DNA of 64,000 nt from Planctomycetota bacterium (GCA_026647215.1 JAPKHC010000005.1:64316-128315); one strand, 5' to 3'; counted from the stretch's first letter, positions 52,408 to 62,091 are shown. Numbers and translations are program-made. The notes: a model not told the origin generated them from the letters alone.

Positions 52408-53718
52408 ATGACTGCCCACGACAACCGCCGCATCCTGACCGTCGACGACAACGCCGCGATCCACCAGGACTTCCGCAAGATCCTGCTCGAGGCCTCGAAC
52501 GTCGCGAGCGCGCCCGTGAGCGACGCGGAGGCGGCGCTGTTCGGGGACGACGCCCCGGCCGCGAAGGTTCCGGCGAGCGCCGCGACCGCGACGCAGGAAG
52601 CGCCCGAATACACGCTCGATTCCGCGCTGCAAGGGCAGGAGGCGCTCGAGCGCGTGCAGCAGGCGCGCAAGGAAGGCCGGCCCTACGCGCTCGTGTTCCT
52701 CGACGTGCGCATGCCGCCCGGCTGGGACGGCATCGAGACGGCGCAGAAGCTGTGGGAAGCCGATCCCGAGCTGCAGATCGTGCTTTGCACGGCGTATTCC
52801 GACTATTCGTGGCAGGAGACGGTCGCGGCGCTCGGGCGCACCGATCGCCTGCTGATCCTGAAGAAGCCCTTCGATCGCGTCGAGGTGTGCCAGCTCGCGG
52901 CGGCGTTGACGGAGAAGTGGAACCTCGTGCTGCGCGAGCGCGCGAGCCTGCAGGCCGCGATCCGCTCCGAGAAGGAGGCGCGCGCCTACGCGGCCTCGCT
53001 CGAGACGATGAACCACGCGCTCGGCTCGAGCTGGGCCACCGCGGAGAACGAGCTCAAGCGGCGCGGCGACTACATGATGCGCGTCGCTTCCGAGGTGCTC
53101 GCCCCGGCGCAGCTCGTGCTCGTCGAGCGCATCGCCTCGGCGCCGGCGGGCCCGCAGGCCGATCGACTGGTCGATCCGGCCATCGCGATCGTCTCGGCGA
53201 TCACGCACGTGCTCGACCTCGCCGCGCTGGACGTCGGCGCGGCCAAGGCCTCGAACGGGCTCACGCGTCCGATCGAGCTCGCCCGTCAGGTCGTGAAGGC
53301 CGAGGCCGAGCTCGCACGCCAGCGCAACGTCAAGCTCGAGCTCAGCTGCGCCCCCACGGTGCCGCTCGAGCTCGTCACCGACGCCGCGCGGGTCACGCGC
53401 ATCCTCACCGAGCTCGTCGACAACGCGCTGCGGCACACCAGCGACGGCACGGTCGAGCTCGCGCTCGACGTGCAGCCCGCTCCCGGCGACGACGGCCAGC
53501 TCCTGCGCTGCCAGGTGCGCGACACTGGACGCGGCCTGTCGAACGAGGCGCGCGCGCGCCTGTTCGAGCCGTTCAACTCCCCCGACGGCACGCGCAGCGG
53601 CTTGGGCCTCGCGGCCTCCAAGCGCTCCGCGCACCTGATCGGCGGCGACCTGCACCTCGAGCCCTCGGAGTCCGTCGGCGCGAGCTTCTCGCTCGTGCTT
53701 CCGCTGCGCGAGGCTTGA
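52408..53718 (+). CDS. response-regulator receiver fused to a histidine-kinase-like module that lacks the phosphoacceptor His
   Basis: 436 aa from the internal ATG. REC motifs ILTVDDN, LVFLDVRMPPGWDG, LCTAYSD and LKKPF. The DHp-like helix reads DYMMRVASEVLAPAQ where kinases have F.A..SHELRTP (His to Ser). The ATPase N, G1, F and G2 boxes are present (LVDNALRHT, RDTGRGL, LFEPF, GLGLAAS). Confidence 0.75.
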   Translation: MTAHDNRRILTVDDNAAIHQDFRKILLEASNVASAPVSDAEAALFGDDAPAAKVPASAATATQEAPEYTLDSALQGQEALERVQQARKEGRPYALVFLDVRMPPGWDGIETAQKLWEADPELQIVLCTAYSDYSWQETVAALGRTDRLLILKKPFDRVEVCQLAAALTEKWNLVLRERASLQAAIRSEKEARAYAASLETMNHALGSSWATAENELKRRGDYMMRVASEVLAPAQLVLVERIASAPAGPQADRLVDPAIAIVSAITHVLDLAALDVGAAKASNGLTRPIELARQVVKAEAELARQRNVKLELSCAPTVPLELVTDAARVTRILTELVDNALRHTSDGTVELALDVQPAPGDDGQLLRCQVRDTGRGLSNEARARLFEPFNSPDGTRSGLGLAASKRSAHLIGGDLHLEPSESVGASFSLVLPLREA

Positions 53719-53734
53719 TCGACCGGCTGCGTTC

Positions 53735-55843
53735 TCAGGCCGCGCGGGTGCGGCGCTCGAACCCGCGCTCGAGCAACACGCGCGCCTTGTCCGCCGGGAC
53801 CGGCGGACTGAACAGGTAGCCCTGCACCTCGTCACACTGCATCACGCGCAGGAACGAGAGCTGCGATTCGGTCTCCACGCCCTCGGCGACGACGCCGAGC
53901 TTCAGGCTGCGCGCCATCAGCAGGATCGACGTCACGATCGCCGCGTCGTCGGGATTCGAGGTCGACTCGCGGATGAAGCTCTGGTCGATCTTGAGCGCGT
54001 CGATCGGGAAGCGCTTGAGGTAGGCGAGCGATGAGTAGCCCGTGCCGAAGTCGTCGATCGACAGGTGGATCCCGGCGCCCTTGATGCGCGCGAGCGTCTC
54101 GACGACCGAGCCAGGGTCGTGCATCACGGTGCTCTCGGTGAGCTCGAGCTCGAGCCACTTCGGATCGAGGCCGCTGGAGTCGAGCGCGTCCTTGATCGTG
54201 GCCTGCAGCGTCGAATGCGCGAACTGCACGCTCGACAGGTTGACCGCCATGCGCACGGGCGTCAGGCCCGCCTCCTGCCACTGCCGGTTCTGGCGCGCCG
54301 CCTCGCGCAGCACCCAGTCGCCGATCGGCACGATCAGGCCCGATTCCTCGGCGAGCGGGATGAACTGGGCGGGCGAGATGAAGCCGAGCTCGGGGTGCTT
54401 CCAGCGCAGCAGCGCCTCGAAGCCGACGATCTTCTCGCTGCGCACCTCGACGCGCGGCTGGTAGTAGACCTGCAGCTCGTTGCGTTCGAGCGCGCGACGC
54501 AGGCTGGTCTCGAGCGTCAGGCGCTCGAACGCCTTCGCGTCGAGCGCGGCCGAGTAGAACTTCAACGAGCCGTGGCCTTCCTGGCGCGCGGAGTACGAAG
54601 CCGTCTCGGCGCGGCGGACGAGCTCCTCCGCGGAGTGGTGGTCGGTCGGGAAGCCGGCGATTCCGATGGACGCGGGCACGCACAGCTCGCGCCCGGAGAT
54701 CTCGAAGGGCTGCGACAGCAGCTCGAGGATGCGCGCGGCGACCTTGGCCGCGTCGTGGATGCGCGGCAGGTCCGGCAGGAGCATCGTGAAGTGGTCACCG
54801 GCCCAGCGCGCGATCACGGCGCCACCGCGCCCGCCCTTGCGGCGCGCGATCGAATCGGACTCGCGGATGCCTTCGCGCACGCGCGTCGCGACCGTCGCGA
54901 GCAGGTGCTCGGCGGCGTCGCTCGACAGGTTGCCCGCCGTCAGCGAGCGCACTCGGTGGACGTCGAGGTAGAGCACCGCGACATGCTGGCCCGTGCGCCC
55001 CGCCTGCCGCACGGCGACCTCGACATCGTGCAGGAAGCGCGAGGAATCGAGCATGCGGCCGCCCGCGTCGCGCAGGCACGCCTCCTCGACGCCGTTGGCG
55101 CCCAGGCTCTCCGCCATCGCGGTCACGCGCAGGCAACGCCCCGACGGATCGAGGTCGGCGCGGCCGACGTGGCGCGCGCGGAACGGCATGCCGCTCTCGT
55201 CGATCAGCGTGTGCTCGAAAGGCGGCGCCTCGCGGCCGCGCTCGTAGGAATCGATCCACTCCGTCAGGCTCGCGCGGCAGTCGCTGGGAAAGAGCGTGAT
55301 CCACGTCTCGAGCGGCCAACCGTCGCTGCGCGGCTCGACACCGAGCATTTCCGCCGCCGAGTCCGTGCAACGCACCCAGCGCGCCTGCGCGTCGAGTTCC
55401 CAGAAGCCGACGTGCACCCGCGTCTGCAGGAGCTGCAGCCGCGCGAGATGGGATTCCGCGTCGCGGAAGCGCTCGCGACCCAGGTGCAGCGCGCGCAGCT
55501 GCGCCTCGACGAGCGCCGGTGTCGTGTCGCGCGCGAGCACGCCGTGGGCGCCCGCCGCCGTCGCCGCCTCCGCCGCCTGTCGGTCGTTGCTCTCGATCGT
55601 CGCGAGGAAACCCGATCGACGCAGCATCGTGCGCTCGGCGAGCGACGCCTCGCGCGTCCCGAAGCGCGGCCCCGCGGGACCGCAGGGCACGATCGCGAGG
55701 CCGAGCTCACCCGCGCTCGCCGGCAAGGTCGTGATCTCGGTCACGCTCCACCCCCACTCCACCAGCGCCGAACGGAGTGCGGCGTTGGACGGGAAGGCTC
55801 CTGCGCAGAGCGAGACTCGCGCCGGCTGACTGGATTGCGACAT
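53735..55843 (-). CDS. PAS / degenerate GGDEF / EAL protein (probable c-di-GMP phosphodiesterase) with a receiver-like N-terminus
   Basis: 702 aa from the internal ATG of ORF 53735..56827. The GGDEF position reads RWAGDHFTML (AGDHF). EAL-domain motifs are intact: FEALLRW, QFIPLAEESGLI, NLS, ELTES, DDFGTGYSSL, KIDQSFI and AEGVETESQ. Confidence 0.85.
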   Translation of the reverse strand: MSQSSQPARVSLCAGAFPSNAALRSALVEWGWSVTEITTLPASAGELGLAIVPCGPAGPRFGTREASLAERTMLRRSGFLATIESNDRQAAEAATAAGAHGVLARDTTPALVEAQLRALHLGRERFRDAESHLARLQLLQTRVHVGFWELDAQARWVRCTDSAAEMLGVEPRSDGWPLETWITLFPSDCRASLTEWIDSYERGREAPPFEHTLIDESGMPFRARHVGRADLDPSGRCLRVTAMAESLGANGVEEACLRDAGGRMLDSSRFLHDVEVAVRQAGRTGQHVAVLYLDVHRVRSLTAGNLSSDAAEHLLATVATRVREGIRESDSIARRKGGRGGAVIARWAGDHFTMLLPDLPRIHDAAKVAARILELLSQPFEISGRELCVPASIGIAGFPTDHHSAEELVRRAETASYSARQEGHGSLKFYSAALDAKAFERLTLETSLRRALERNELQVYYQPRVEVRSEKIVGFEALLRWKHPELGFISPAQFIPLAEESGLIVPIGDWVLREAARQNRQWQEAGLTPVRMAVNLSSVQFAHSTLQATIKDALDSSGLDPKWLELELTESTVMHDPGSVVETLARIKGAGIHLSIDDFGTGYSSLAYLKRFPIDALKIDQSFIRESTSNPDDAAIVTSILLMARSLKLGVVAEGVETESQLSFLRVMQCDEVQGYLFSPPVPADKARVLLERGFERRTRAA

Positions 55844-56029
55844 CGTGGATTCCGGAGGTGTTGGGCGGGGCCAGCCCCCTGTTTCGGGCTCTTTTCCCCG
55901 CCGTCTGGAGCGCATCGGCCAAATCGGGAAGTTTCTTCCGGGCAAGTCGTGCCTGCCCCACCCCGGAACACACCCGCTGGCGCTACTCTCGCGTCCGGAA
56001 TCGACCGTTCCGCGCGGAAGGGGGCGCTC

Positions 56030-58132
56030 ATGCCGAACATCGCCAAGTCGAGACATTGGCTCGTGGCCCTCGTGGCCTGTGGTGTCGTGTTGGCGCTCGC
56101 GCCTTGGCTCGGTCGCGACGACCCACGCGACGCACCTCGGCAGCCCGAGCCCCCGCAGGAACTCGTCGTGCTCGAGCGCCGCGAAGTGGACTCGTCCGGC
56201 ACGGAAGGCGCGACGCGCGGTTCGACCCGCAAGCCGCGGCGCGAGCGCTCGGCTCGTGCGGGTGCGATGGATGTCGAGCGCATCGGCGGAAGCGTGCGAG
56301 ATCGCCGCGGAGATCCGCTCGAAGGCGCGCTCGTCCTCCTGCGCGCCCGTCGCGGTCCCTTGTCGGCGGACCTCGGCAGCACGGTGACCCAGCGCAGCGG
56401 TGAATTCACGTTCGACCTCTCGGCCTGGTCCAACGAGTTCGCGCTGCGGCGCACGCTGCGCCGGACTCTCGAGCGCGACGAGACGCCCAGCCCTTCCGAG
56501 CTCGACGCGCTCGAGGCCTACGGGACGGTGAGCATCGAGATCGCGGCGACACTCGAGGGTCGTGCGCCGGCGACGATCGAGAGCACGCTCGCCGAGCTGC
56601 GCGAGCGCCCGGACGGGCTGCGGCTGCAGCTCGACGACGGCGTCGAGCTCACCGGCTACGTCTCGCGCAACTCGCCGAATGCGAACTGGCGCGTCGCCGG
56701 CGCACGAGTCGCGTTGCTCGACAGCGCTGGCGCCGTCGCGGCGAGCTCCTCGGCGGACGCTTCCGGACGCTTCGTGCTGCGTGCCCCGCCGGATCGTTAC
56801 GACCTTTTCGTGCGCCACGATGTGCACGGAGCCGCGCTTCTCGGCAACGTCGACTTGAGGACCGACGGACCGCGGCCGCCGGTAGCGATCGAGCTACGGA
56901 AGGCCGGAAAGATCGCTGGCAGCGTGCTCCACGCCGATGGAAGTCCGGTGGCGAACCTGGTGCTCGAGGCCACGCACTCCAGCTTGCTCGCGCGGGACTC
57001 GCGCGAGCTCTCGATCGGCGAGCAGTTCGAGCTCGAAGGTCCGGTGGGGCTCGCGCAGGCGCTCGCCGTCACGGATTCCGACGGTCGATTCTCGTTCGAC
57101 TCCTTGTGCGAAGGCCGGTTCGAGCTGCGGGCGCCGGGAACGGGCGACGGCGTGCTGCGCGGCCCGCGCGCGGTGTACACGGACTCGCCCGACGTGGCGT
57201 ACACGTACCGCGGCCAGCGCCTGCGGGTCGAAGTGTCGGACCTCGAAGGCCCCAACCCGCTGGATGCCCAGCTGGAGTGCTGGAGGATCGAGCACCGCTT
57301 CCAGCCGAAGCCCGAGCACGAGCTCGCGCCGCACGGCGATGGCCGCAGCACGTTCCACCTCGAGGTCGCGGCGGGAGAGCGGCTGTACCTGCGCGCCTTC
57401 GCCGGAGGCTCGCTCTTCGCGTGGACGATCCTCGATGTCGACGCGGGCGAAGGAGAGCGCCTCGTGCAGCTCCGCGTCGGTGACAGTTCGGCGACTCCTT
57501 CCGATGGCGCTCCCGGCCTGAACTACGTGCTCGGAACACGTGTCGCGCTCGAAGTGCTCGACGAGACGGACGCGCCGCTCGACGGCTGGCGCGCGACGGC
57601 GATTTCGGAGCAAGGCGACATCCCGACGGGCTGGGGTGGCTTCAAGCCCGGCGCGGATGGCTCGCTGCCGCCGCTTCCGCCGGGTCGCTTCCGCCTGGGG
57701 CTCCTGCCCGCGCGGCGCGACTCGTTCCACTGCTTCACCACCGTCGGCTCCGACTTCGAGGCCGAGGTCGGACGCCCGCAGGCTGTGACGCTGCGCGTTC
57801 CGCTCGGCGGCCGCCTGCGGCTGCGCATGCCTACCGAAGCGCGCGACATCGACGAGTGGCAGCCGATGGTCTTCTGGGACGACCTCCCCGAGAACGGCTG
57901 GAGCGTGGAGGCGCTCCCGCTCGATCCGAAGCTCGAGCCGACCGCGCTGTTGCTGATCGCTCCCGATCGAGCGGATCTTGCGGCCTTCAGTGCGCCGCCC
58001 GGCTGGGAAGTCGACGCTTATCCCCCGCTCTTGCCCGGTCGCTGGCGACTGCGTGTCACGCGCCCGAACTCGACTCCACGCGTCGTGGAAGTCACCGTGC
58101 GAGCTGGCGAGGTCACGACGGCGACGCCGTAA
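56030..58132 (+). CDS. membrane-anchored multi-domain beta-sandwich (carboxypeptidase-regulatory-like) protein
   Basis: 700 aa from the internal ATG of ORF 54065..58132, with GGAAGGGGG upstream. Anchor HWLVALVACGVVLALAPW. Units such as GSVRDRRGDPLEGALVLL...TQRSGEFTF, GYVSR....RVAGARVALLDSAG...ADASGRFVL and GSVLHADGSPVANLVLEA. Confidence 0.55.
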   Translation: MPNIAKSRHWLVALVACGVVLALAPWLGRDDPRDAPRQPEPPQELVVLERREVDSSGTEGATRGSTRKPRRERSARAGAMDVERIGGSVRDRRGDPLEGALVLLRARRGPLSADLGSTVTQRSGEFTFDLSAWSNEFALRRTLRRTLERDETPSPSELDALEAYGTVSIEIAATLEGRAPATIESTLAELRERPDGLRLQLDDGVELTGYVSRNSPNANWRVAGARVALLDSAGAVAASSSADASGRFVLRAPPDRYDLFVRHDVHGAALLGNVDLRTDGPRPPVAIELRKAGKIAGSVLHADGSPVANLVLEATHSSLLARDSRELSIGEQFELEGPVGLAQALAVTDSDGRFSFDSLCEGRFELRAPGTGDGVLRGPRAVYTDSPDVAYTYRGQRLRVEVSDLEGPNPLDAQLECWRIEHRFQPKPEHELAPHGDGRSTFHLEVAAGERLYLRAFAGGSLFAWTILDVDAGEGERLVQLRVGDSSATPSDGAPGLNYVLGTRVALEVLDETDAPLDGWRATAISEQGDIPTGWGGFKPGADGSLPPLPPGRFRLGLLPARRDSFHCFTTVGSDFEAEVGRPQAVTLRVPLGGRLRLRMPTEARDIDEWQPMVFWDDLPENGWSVEALPLDPKLEPTALLLIAPDRADLAAFSAPPGWEVDAYPPLLPGRWRLRVTRPNSTPRVVEVTVRAGEVTTATP

Positions 58133-58133
58133 G

Positions 58134-58811
58134 TCAGTAGAAGCCCTCGCGGCGTTCGTAGCGCTCGGCGCGCGCAGCGTCGTACGTCGCGGCGTCGAAG
58201 TCGGCGCCGAGCAGCTCGCGGAAGATCGCTCCGTTCGTCGGGACGTCCGAAGGAGCGCGAAAACGGCTCGTTTCCCACAGTCCGGCACGCAGCGCGGCCT
58301 TCGAGCACTGCGTGTAGGCCTCGTCGATGTCGACGAGGATTCCGAGCTTCGGCGGCTTGCCTTCGAGCGCACTCGGCGCGAGCAGCGCCGCGTCGTGCGT
58401 GAGCGTCGCACGGCCGTTGACGCGGAAGCTCTCGGTCACACCGGGGATCAGGAACAGCAACGCGATGCGCGGGTCGTCGAGCAGGTTGACGAGCGTGTCG
58501 GCGATGCGGTTGCCCGGGCGCTCGGGCAGGAGCAGCGTGCGCTCGTCGAGCATGCGCACGAAACCCGCGGGATCCCCGCGCGGGCTGACGTCGCAACGAC
58601 CCCGCGTGTCGCAGCTCGCCACGCACACGAACGGCGAGAGCTCGATGAAGCGGCGCGTGAGGGCGTTGAGCCGATCGCTCACCTTGCGGCACACGAGCTC
58701 GCTCGGGGTGCCGATCAGGGCGCGCAGCTGCGCCTCGTCGTGGATCACGGCATCGGTCAGGCGGTGCGTGCGCATCGCCGGAGTGTCGCGAGCGCGTCCA
58801 CGGGCGTCCAA
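58134..58811 (-). CDS. PPOX-class (pyridoxamine 5'-phosphate oxidase-like) FMN-dependent flavoprotein
   Basis: 225 aa (alternative ATG at 58775). Motifs FIELSPFVCVASCDTRGRCDVSPRGDPAGFVRMLDERTLLLPERPGNRIADTL and LLFLIPGVTESFRVNGRA. Confidence 0.7.
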   Translation of the reverse strand: MDARGRARDTPAMRTHRLTDAVIHDEAQLRALIGTPSELVCRKVSDRLNALTRRFIELSPFVCVASCDTRGRCDVSPRGDPAGFVRMLDERTLLLPERPGNRIADTLVNLLDDPRIALLFLIPGVTESFRVNGRATLTHDAALLAPSALEGKPPKLGILVDIDEAYTQCSKAALRAGLWETSRFRAPSDVPTNGAIFRELLGADFDAATYDAARAERYERREGFY

Positions 58812-58892
58812 CCGCGGCGTCGGACCGGCCGCGCGCTCCGTTGGGTTTGCGAAAAAGCGCGAGCGGGGGCTTGCCGGATCCGTGCCAGCTAT

Positions 58893-58923
58893 CTACCTAG
58901 GTAGTTGTGAGCTACCGCGGTAG
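58893..58923. promoter_or_regulatory. two adjacent perfect 12-bp palindromes CTACC-NN-GGTAG (candidate tandem operator)
   Basis: CTACCTAGGTAG (58893-58904) and CTACCGCGGTAG (58912-58923), centres 19 bp apart. They lie in a locally AT-richer patch of the 207-nt divergent region between the PPOX-like gene and the TPR-exbB-exbD operon. A degenerate third half-site CTGGTAG follows at about 58936. Confidence 0.5.
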
Positions 58924-59018
58924 TTCCAACCGACCCTGGTAGTCGGACTTCGACCGCGGAGCCGCTTCCAGAGCCCTCCCGAGGGGTTCTGGCGCGCCCC
59001 AAGTCCCCGGAGAACGCC

Positions 59019-62000
59019 GTGACCGCTCCCCGATCCGCCCTCGCCCTGCTCCTCCTCGCGACCCTGCTCGCGGCCCCTGCCCCGGCCCAGGGCGAGGGTC
59101 CCGACGAGCGTTACGGCTTCCTCGTCGGCCTGTGCGAGGAGCGCGAGTGGGAGCTCGCGGCGCGCGAGGCGCGCTCGTTCCTCGAGGCCTTCCCGCGCCA
59201 CGCCAAGGCGGAGCTCGCGCGCTATCGCCTCGCGACGGCACTGTTCGAGCTCGGCCAGCGCGAGCCCGCGCGCGACCTGTATGCCGAGCTCGAACGCAAC
59301 GAGCGCTTCGAGTTCCGCGCGGAGTGCGCCTTTCGCCGCGGCCAGTGCGAGCTCGCGCTCGGTCGTGCGCCGCAGGCCGCGAGCGCGTTCGAGCGGGTGC
59401 TCGCCCTGCGCGCCGCCTACCTCGCCCCCGCCGCGACCTTCTTCCTCGCCGAAGCGCGTTTCGCGCAGGGCGACTTCGCTGCGGCCGAGCAGGGTTACGA
59501 ACGCACGCTCGCGACCGAAGGTGGCTCCGAATACGAGCGCGAGGCACGCTACGGCCTGTGCTGGTGCGCATTCCGGCTCGAGCACCACGACGTCGCCGTG
59601 CGGCGCATCGGCGAGTGGCTCCAGCGCTATCCGAACCACGAATCCGCGGCCGAGCTGCACTACCTCGCGGGCGAGGCGCACCTCGCGGCGGGACGCGCGT
59701 CCGAGGCGCTGGCGCAGTTCGAGCGCGTGCGTTCGGGGCCGTTCGAGCTGCGCGCGCTGCGAGGCGCGGCCTTCGCGGCGGCGGAGCTCGGCGATCTGGA
59801 GGGAGCCACGCGCCGCTTCGCGCGGCTGGTCGAACGTGAGCCCAACGGCCCTTTTGCAGAAGAAGCGCGCCTGCAACGTGGTGCGCTGCTGCTGCGCGGC
59901 GGCAAGGCGAAAGAGGCGGTGGCTGCGTTGACTCCGCTCGCGAACTCGGTGGAGGGCGCGACGTGGCTCGCGCGCGCGCAGCTCGCCGCTGGGGATGCCA
60001 ACGCGGCGCTGGCGACGGTCGCGCGTGCGTCGCGGCTGCAACTCGAGCCCAACCAGCTTGATGCGCTCGCGATCCTGCGCGGGGACGCGCTCACGGCGCT
60101 CGGACGCGCCGCCGACGCCGCGGAGGCCTATTCGCAGGCGAGAAGCGACTATGCGCTGCACGCCGCGGCGATCGCGGCCTTCAACTCGAACGCGCTCGAC
60201 CGCGCGGAGCCGCTCGCGCGGCGCTTGCTCGAGGAATTCCCGCAGAGCCCGTACGCGGCGCCGATGCACATGGTGTGCGGCGAAGCGGCGCTCGCGCGCG
60301 GAGAGCACGCGACGGCGCGGCGCGAGTTCGCGGCGGTCGACGTCGAGGGAGCGGAAGCGGGCCAGCGCGCGCGAGCGCGACTGCGCGGGGCGTGGAGCGC
60401 GCTGCTGGCGAAGGAGGCCAAGGCGGCGGCGCAGCTCGCGGCGGCGCTCGTGCGTGAGTATCCGAAGTCGAACGAAGCGAAGGAGGCGCGGTTCGTGCTC
60501 GGACGGGCCAGTGACGAGCTCGGCGACGGTGCCGCGGCGATCACGGCGTGGACGAACTACCTCGACGCCGAGCCCAAGGGCGCCTGGGCCGCCGAAGCGC
60601 TCGCCGGGCTTGCGCGACTGGACCTCGAGAACGCCGCAAGTTGGAGCGAGCGGCTCGCGAACGAACACGGCGACAGCGATGCGGCCTTCGGTGCGCTGCT
60701 CGCGCTCGCGGACCGCGAGGCCCGCGAAGGACGCAAGGAGGCTGCCGCGCGGCGCTACGCGCAGCTTCTGGAGCGCTGGCCCGCGCACGCGCTCGCGCCG
60801 CGCGCGCGCTACGCGCTGGCGTGGTCCCAGTTCGATGCGGGCAAGGCGCAAGAGGCGGCGGCGACGCTCGCCCCGCTCGCGCAGGCGGAACTCGAGCCCG
60901 AGCTCGAGACCGCGGTCGCGGAACTCGCGCTGTGGAGCGCGACGCGCGCCGGAGACCTCCAGGCGAGCCTCGAGGCCTACGCGAAACTGCAGAAATCCTC
61001 GACGAATCCGCGCAAGCTGCTCGACGCGTGCCGCGCGGTCGCGGCGCTCCTCAAGGAGGCGCAACGCGCCGCGGAGGCGAAGCCCTTGTTCGAGGACCTG
61101 CTGCGGCGCGCCCGCGGCGAGCGTGGCATCCAGACCGAGGCGCTGGTCGAGAGCGCGTGGCTTGCGATCGAGGCGAAGGATGCCGACGAGGCCGAAGCGC
61201 TCGCGCGCACGGCGGCCAAGCTCGCGCCCGACACGTCGGCCAAGGCGCAGGCGGCGGAAGCGTGCTTCTTCGCTGGCGAGCTGCGCTTCGCGCAGCCCAA
61301 TCTCGAGCGCGCGAGAGCGCTGTACGAGCTCGCCTTGCCGAGCGCTTCCGCGAAGGTCGTTCCGCAGGCGCTCTACAAGCTCGGATTCGTCCATCTGCGC
61401 GGCGAACGTGTCGACGACGCCGCGGTGTGCTTCAAGAAGGTCGCGGACGAGCACGCAAGCCACGAACTCGCAGGGGAAGCGCGCTTCCTCGCGGCCGACT
61501 GCCGCTTCCGCCAGCGGCGCTTCGCCGAGTGCGCGGAGCTGCTCGCGACGTTCGCGAAGGACCTGCCACGCCATGCGAGCGCTCCCCATGCGCTGTTCGA
61601 GCTGGGCGTGTCGCTGGGCGAGCTCGGGCGCTGGAAGGAGTGCGAGGCGACGCTGGTCGAGCTCGCGCGGCGGGGAGCGAACCCTGCCAACGCGCTCGAA
61701 GCCGACCTGTGGCGCGCGCGCGCCGTCGCGGCGCGTGGAGACGAGCGCGGAGCCCGCGCCGCGCTCGAACGGGTCGCCGCCACCGACAAGGGCCGCGTCG
61801 GCGCGCTCGCGCGCCTCGAGCTCGGCAAGCTGGACGCCAAGGCCGGTCGGCACGAAGACGCGCTCGCGAGCTTCCTCAAGATCGCGCTGCTCTTCGAGGG
61901 CGGCGAGCTCGTCGCCGAAGCCAGCTTCCTCGCCGCCGGCGAGCTCGAGGCACTCGAACGCCCGGACAAGGCCCGCGCGCGCTACTCGGACCTCGTCGCG

Positions 62001-62063
62001 CGCCATCCCGACTCGCCCTTCGCGGTGCGCGCAAAGCAGCGCCTCGACGCGCTCGGCCGCTGA
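59019..62063 (+). CDS. secreted giant TPR-repeat protein (YbgF/CpoB-like repeats)
   Basis: 1014 aa with a GTG start. Signal peptide MTAPRSALALLLLATLLAAPAPAQ. More than 20 helical units of the type A.Y.LA.A.F..G....A...F..V/L......P. Confidence 0.7.
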   Translation: MTAPRSALALLLLATLLAAPAPAQGEGPDERYGFLVGLCEEREWELAAREARSFLEAFPRHAKAELARYRLATALFELGQREPARDLYAELERNERFEFRAECAFRRGQCELALGRAPQAASAFERVLALRAAYLAPAATFFLAEARFAQGDFAAAEQGYERTLATEGGSEYEREARYGLCWCAFRLEHHDVAVRRIGEWLQRYPNHESAAELHYLAGEAHLAAGRASEALAQFERVRSGPFELRALRGAAFAAAELGDLEGATRRFARLVEREPNGPFAEEARLQRGALLLRGGKAKEAVAALTPLANSVEGATWLARAQLAAGDANAALATVARASRLQLEPNQLDALAILRGDALTALGRAADAAEAYSQARSDYALHAAAIAAFNSNALDRAEPLARRLLEEFPQSPYAAPMHMVCGEAALARGEHATARREFAAVDVEGAEAGQRARARLRGAWSALLAKEAKAAAQLAAALVREYPKSNEAKEARFVLGRASDELGDGAAAITAWTNYLDAEPKGAWAAEALAGLARLDLENAASWSERLANEHGDSDAAFGALLALADREAREGRKEAAARRYAQLLERWPAHALAPRARYALAWSQFDAGKAQEAAATLAPLAQAELEPELETAVAELALWSATRAGDLQASLEAYAKLQKSSTNPRKLLDACRAVAALLKEAQRAAEAKPLFEDLLRRARGERGIQTEALVESAWLAIEAKDADEAEALARTAAKLAPDTSAKAQAAEACFFAGELRFAQPNLERARALYELALPSASAKVVPQALYKLGFVHLRGERVDDAAVCFKKVADEHASHELAGEARFLAADCRFRQRRFAECAELLATFAKDLPRHASAPHALFELGVSLGELGRWKECEATLVELARRGANPANALEADLWRARAVAARGDERGARAALERVAATDKGRVGALARLELGKLDAKAGRHEDALASFLKIALLFEGGELVAEASFLAAGELEALERPDKARARYSDLVARHPDSPFAVRAKQRLDALGR

Positions 62064-62091
62064 AACCCCTTCGAAATCAGGAATTTCCGCC

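Noticed and set aside
56008-56019. Perfect 12-bp palindrome TTCCGCGCGGAA overlapping the RBS of 56030..58132, and the 10-bp palindrome CGGAATTCCG at 2248-2257
   Set aside because: Isolated GC-rich palindromes of this length are expected tens of times per 64 kb. There is no second copy or partner site, so they are not called as operators. They are mentioned only as candidates.
54065-58132. 1355-aa plus-strand ORF
   Set aside because: The first 655 codons are antisense to the GGDEF-EAL gene and are Arg/Ala-rich. A signal-anchor N-terminus with an upstream purine-rich RBS starts at 56030, so only 56030..58132 is called.
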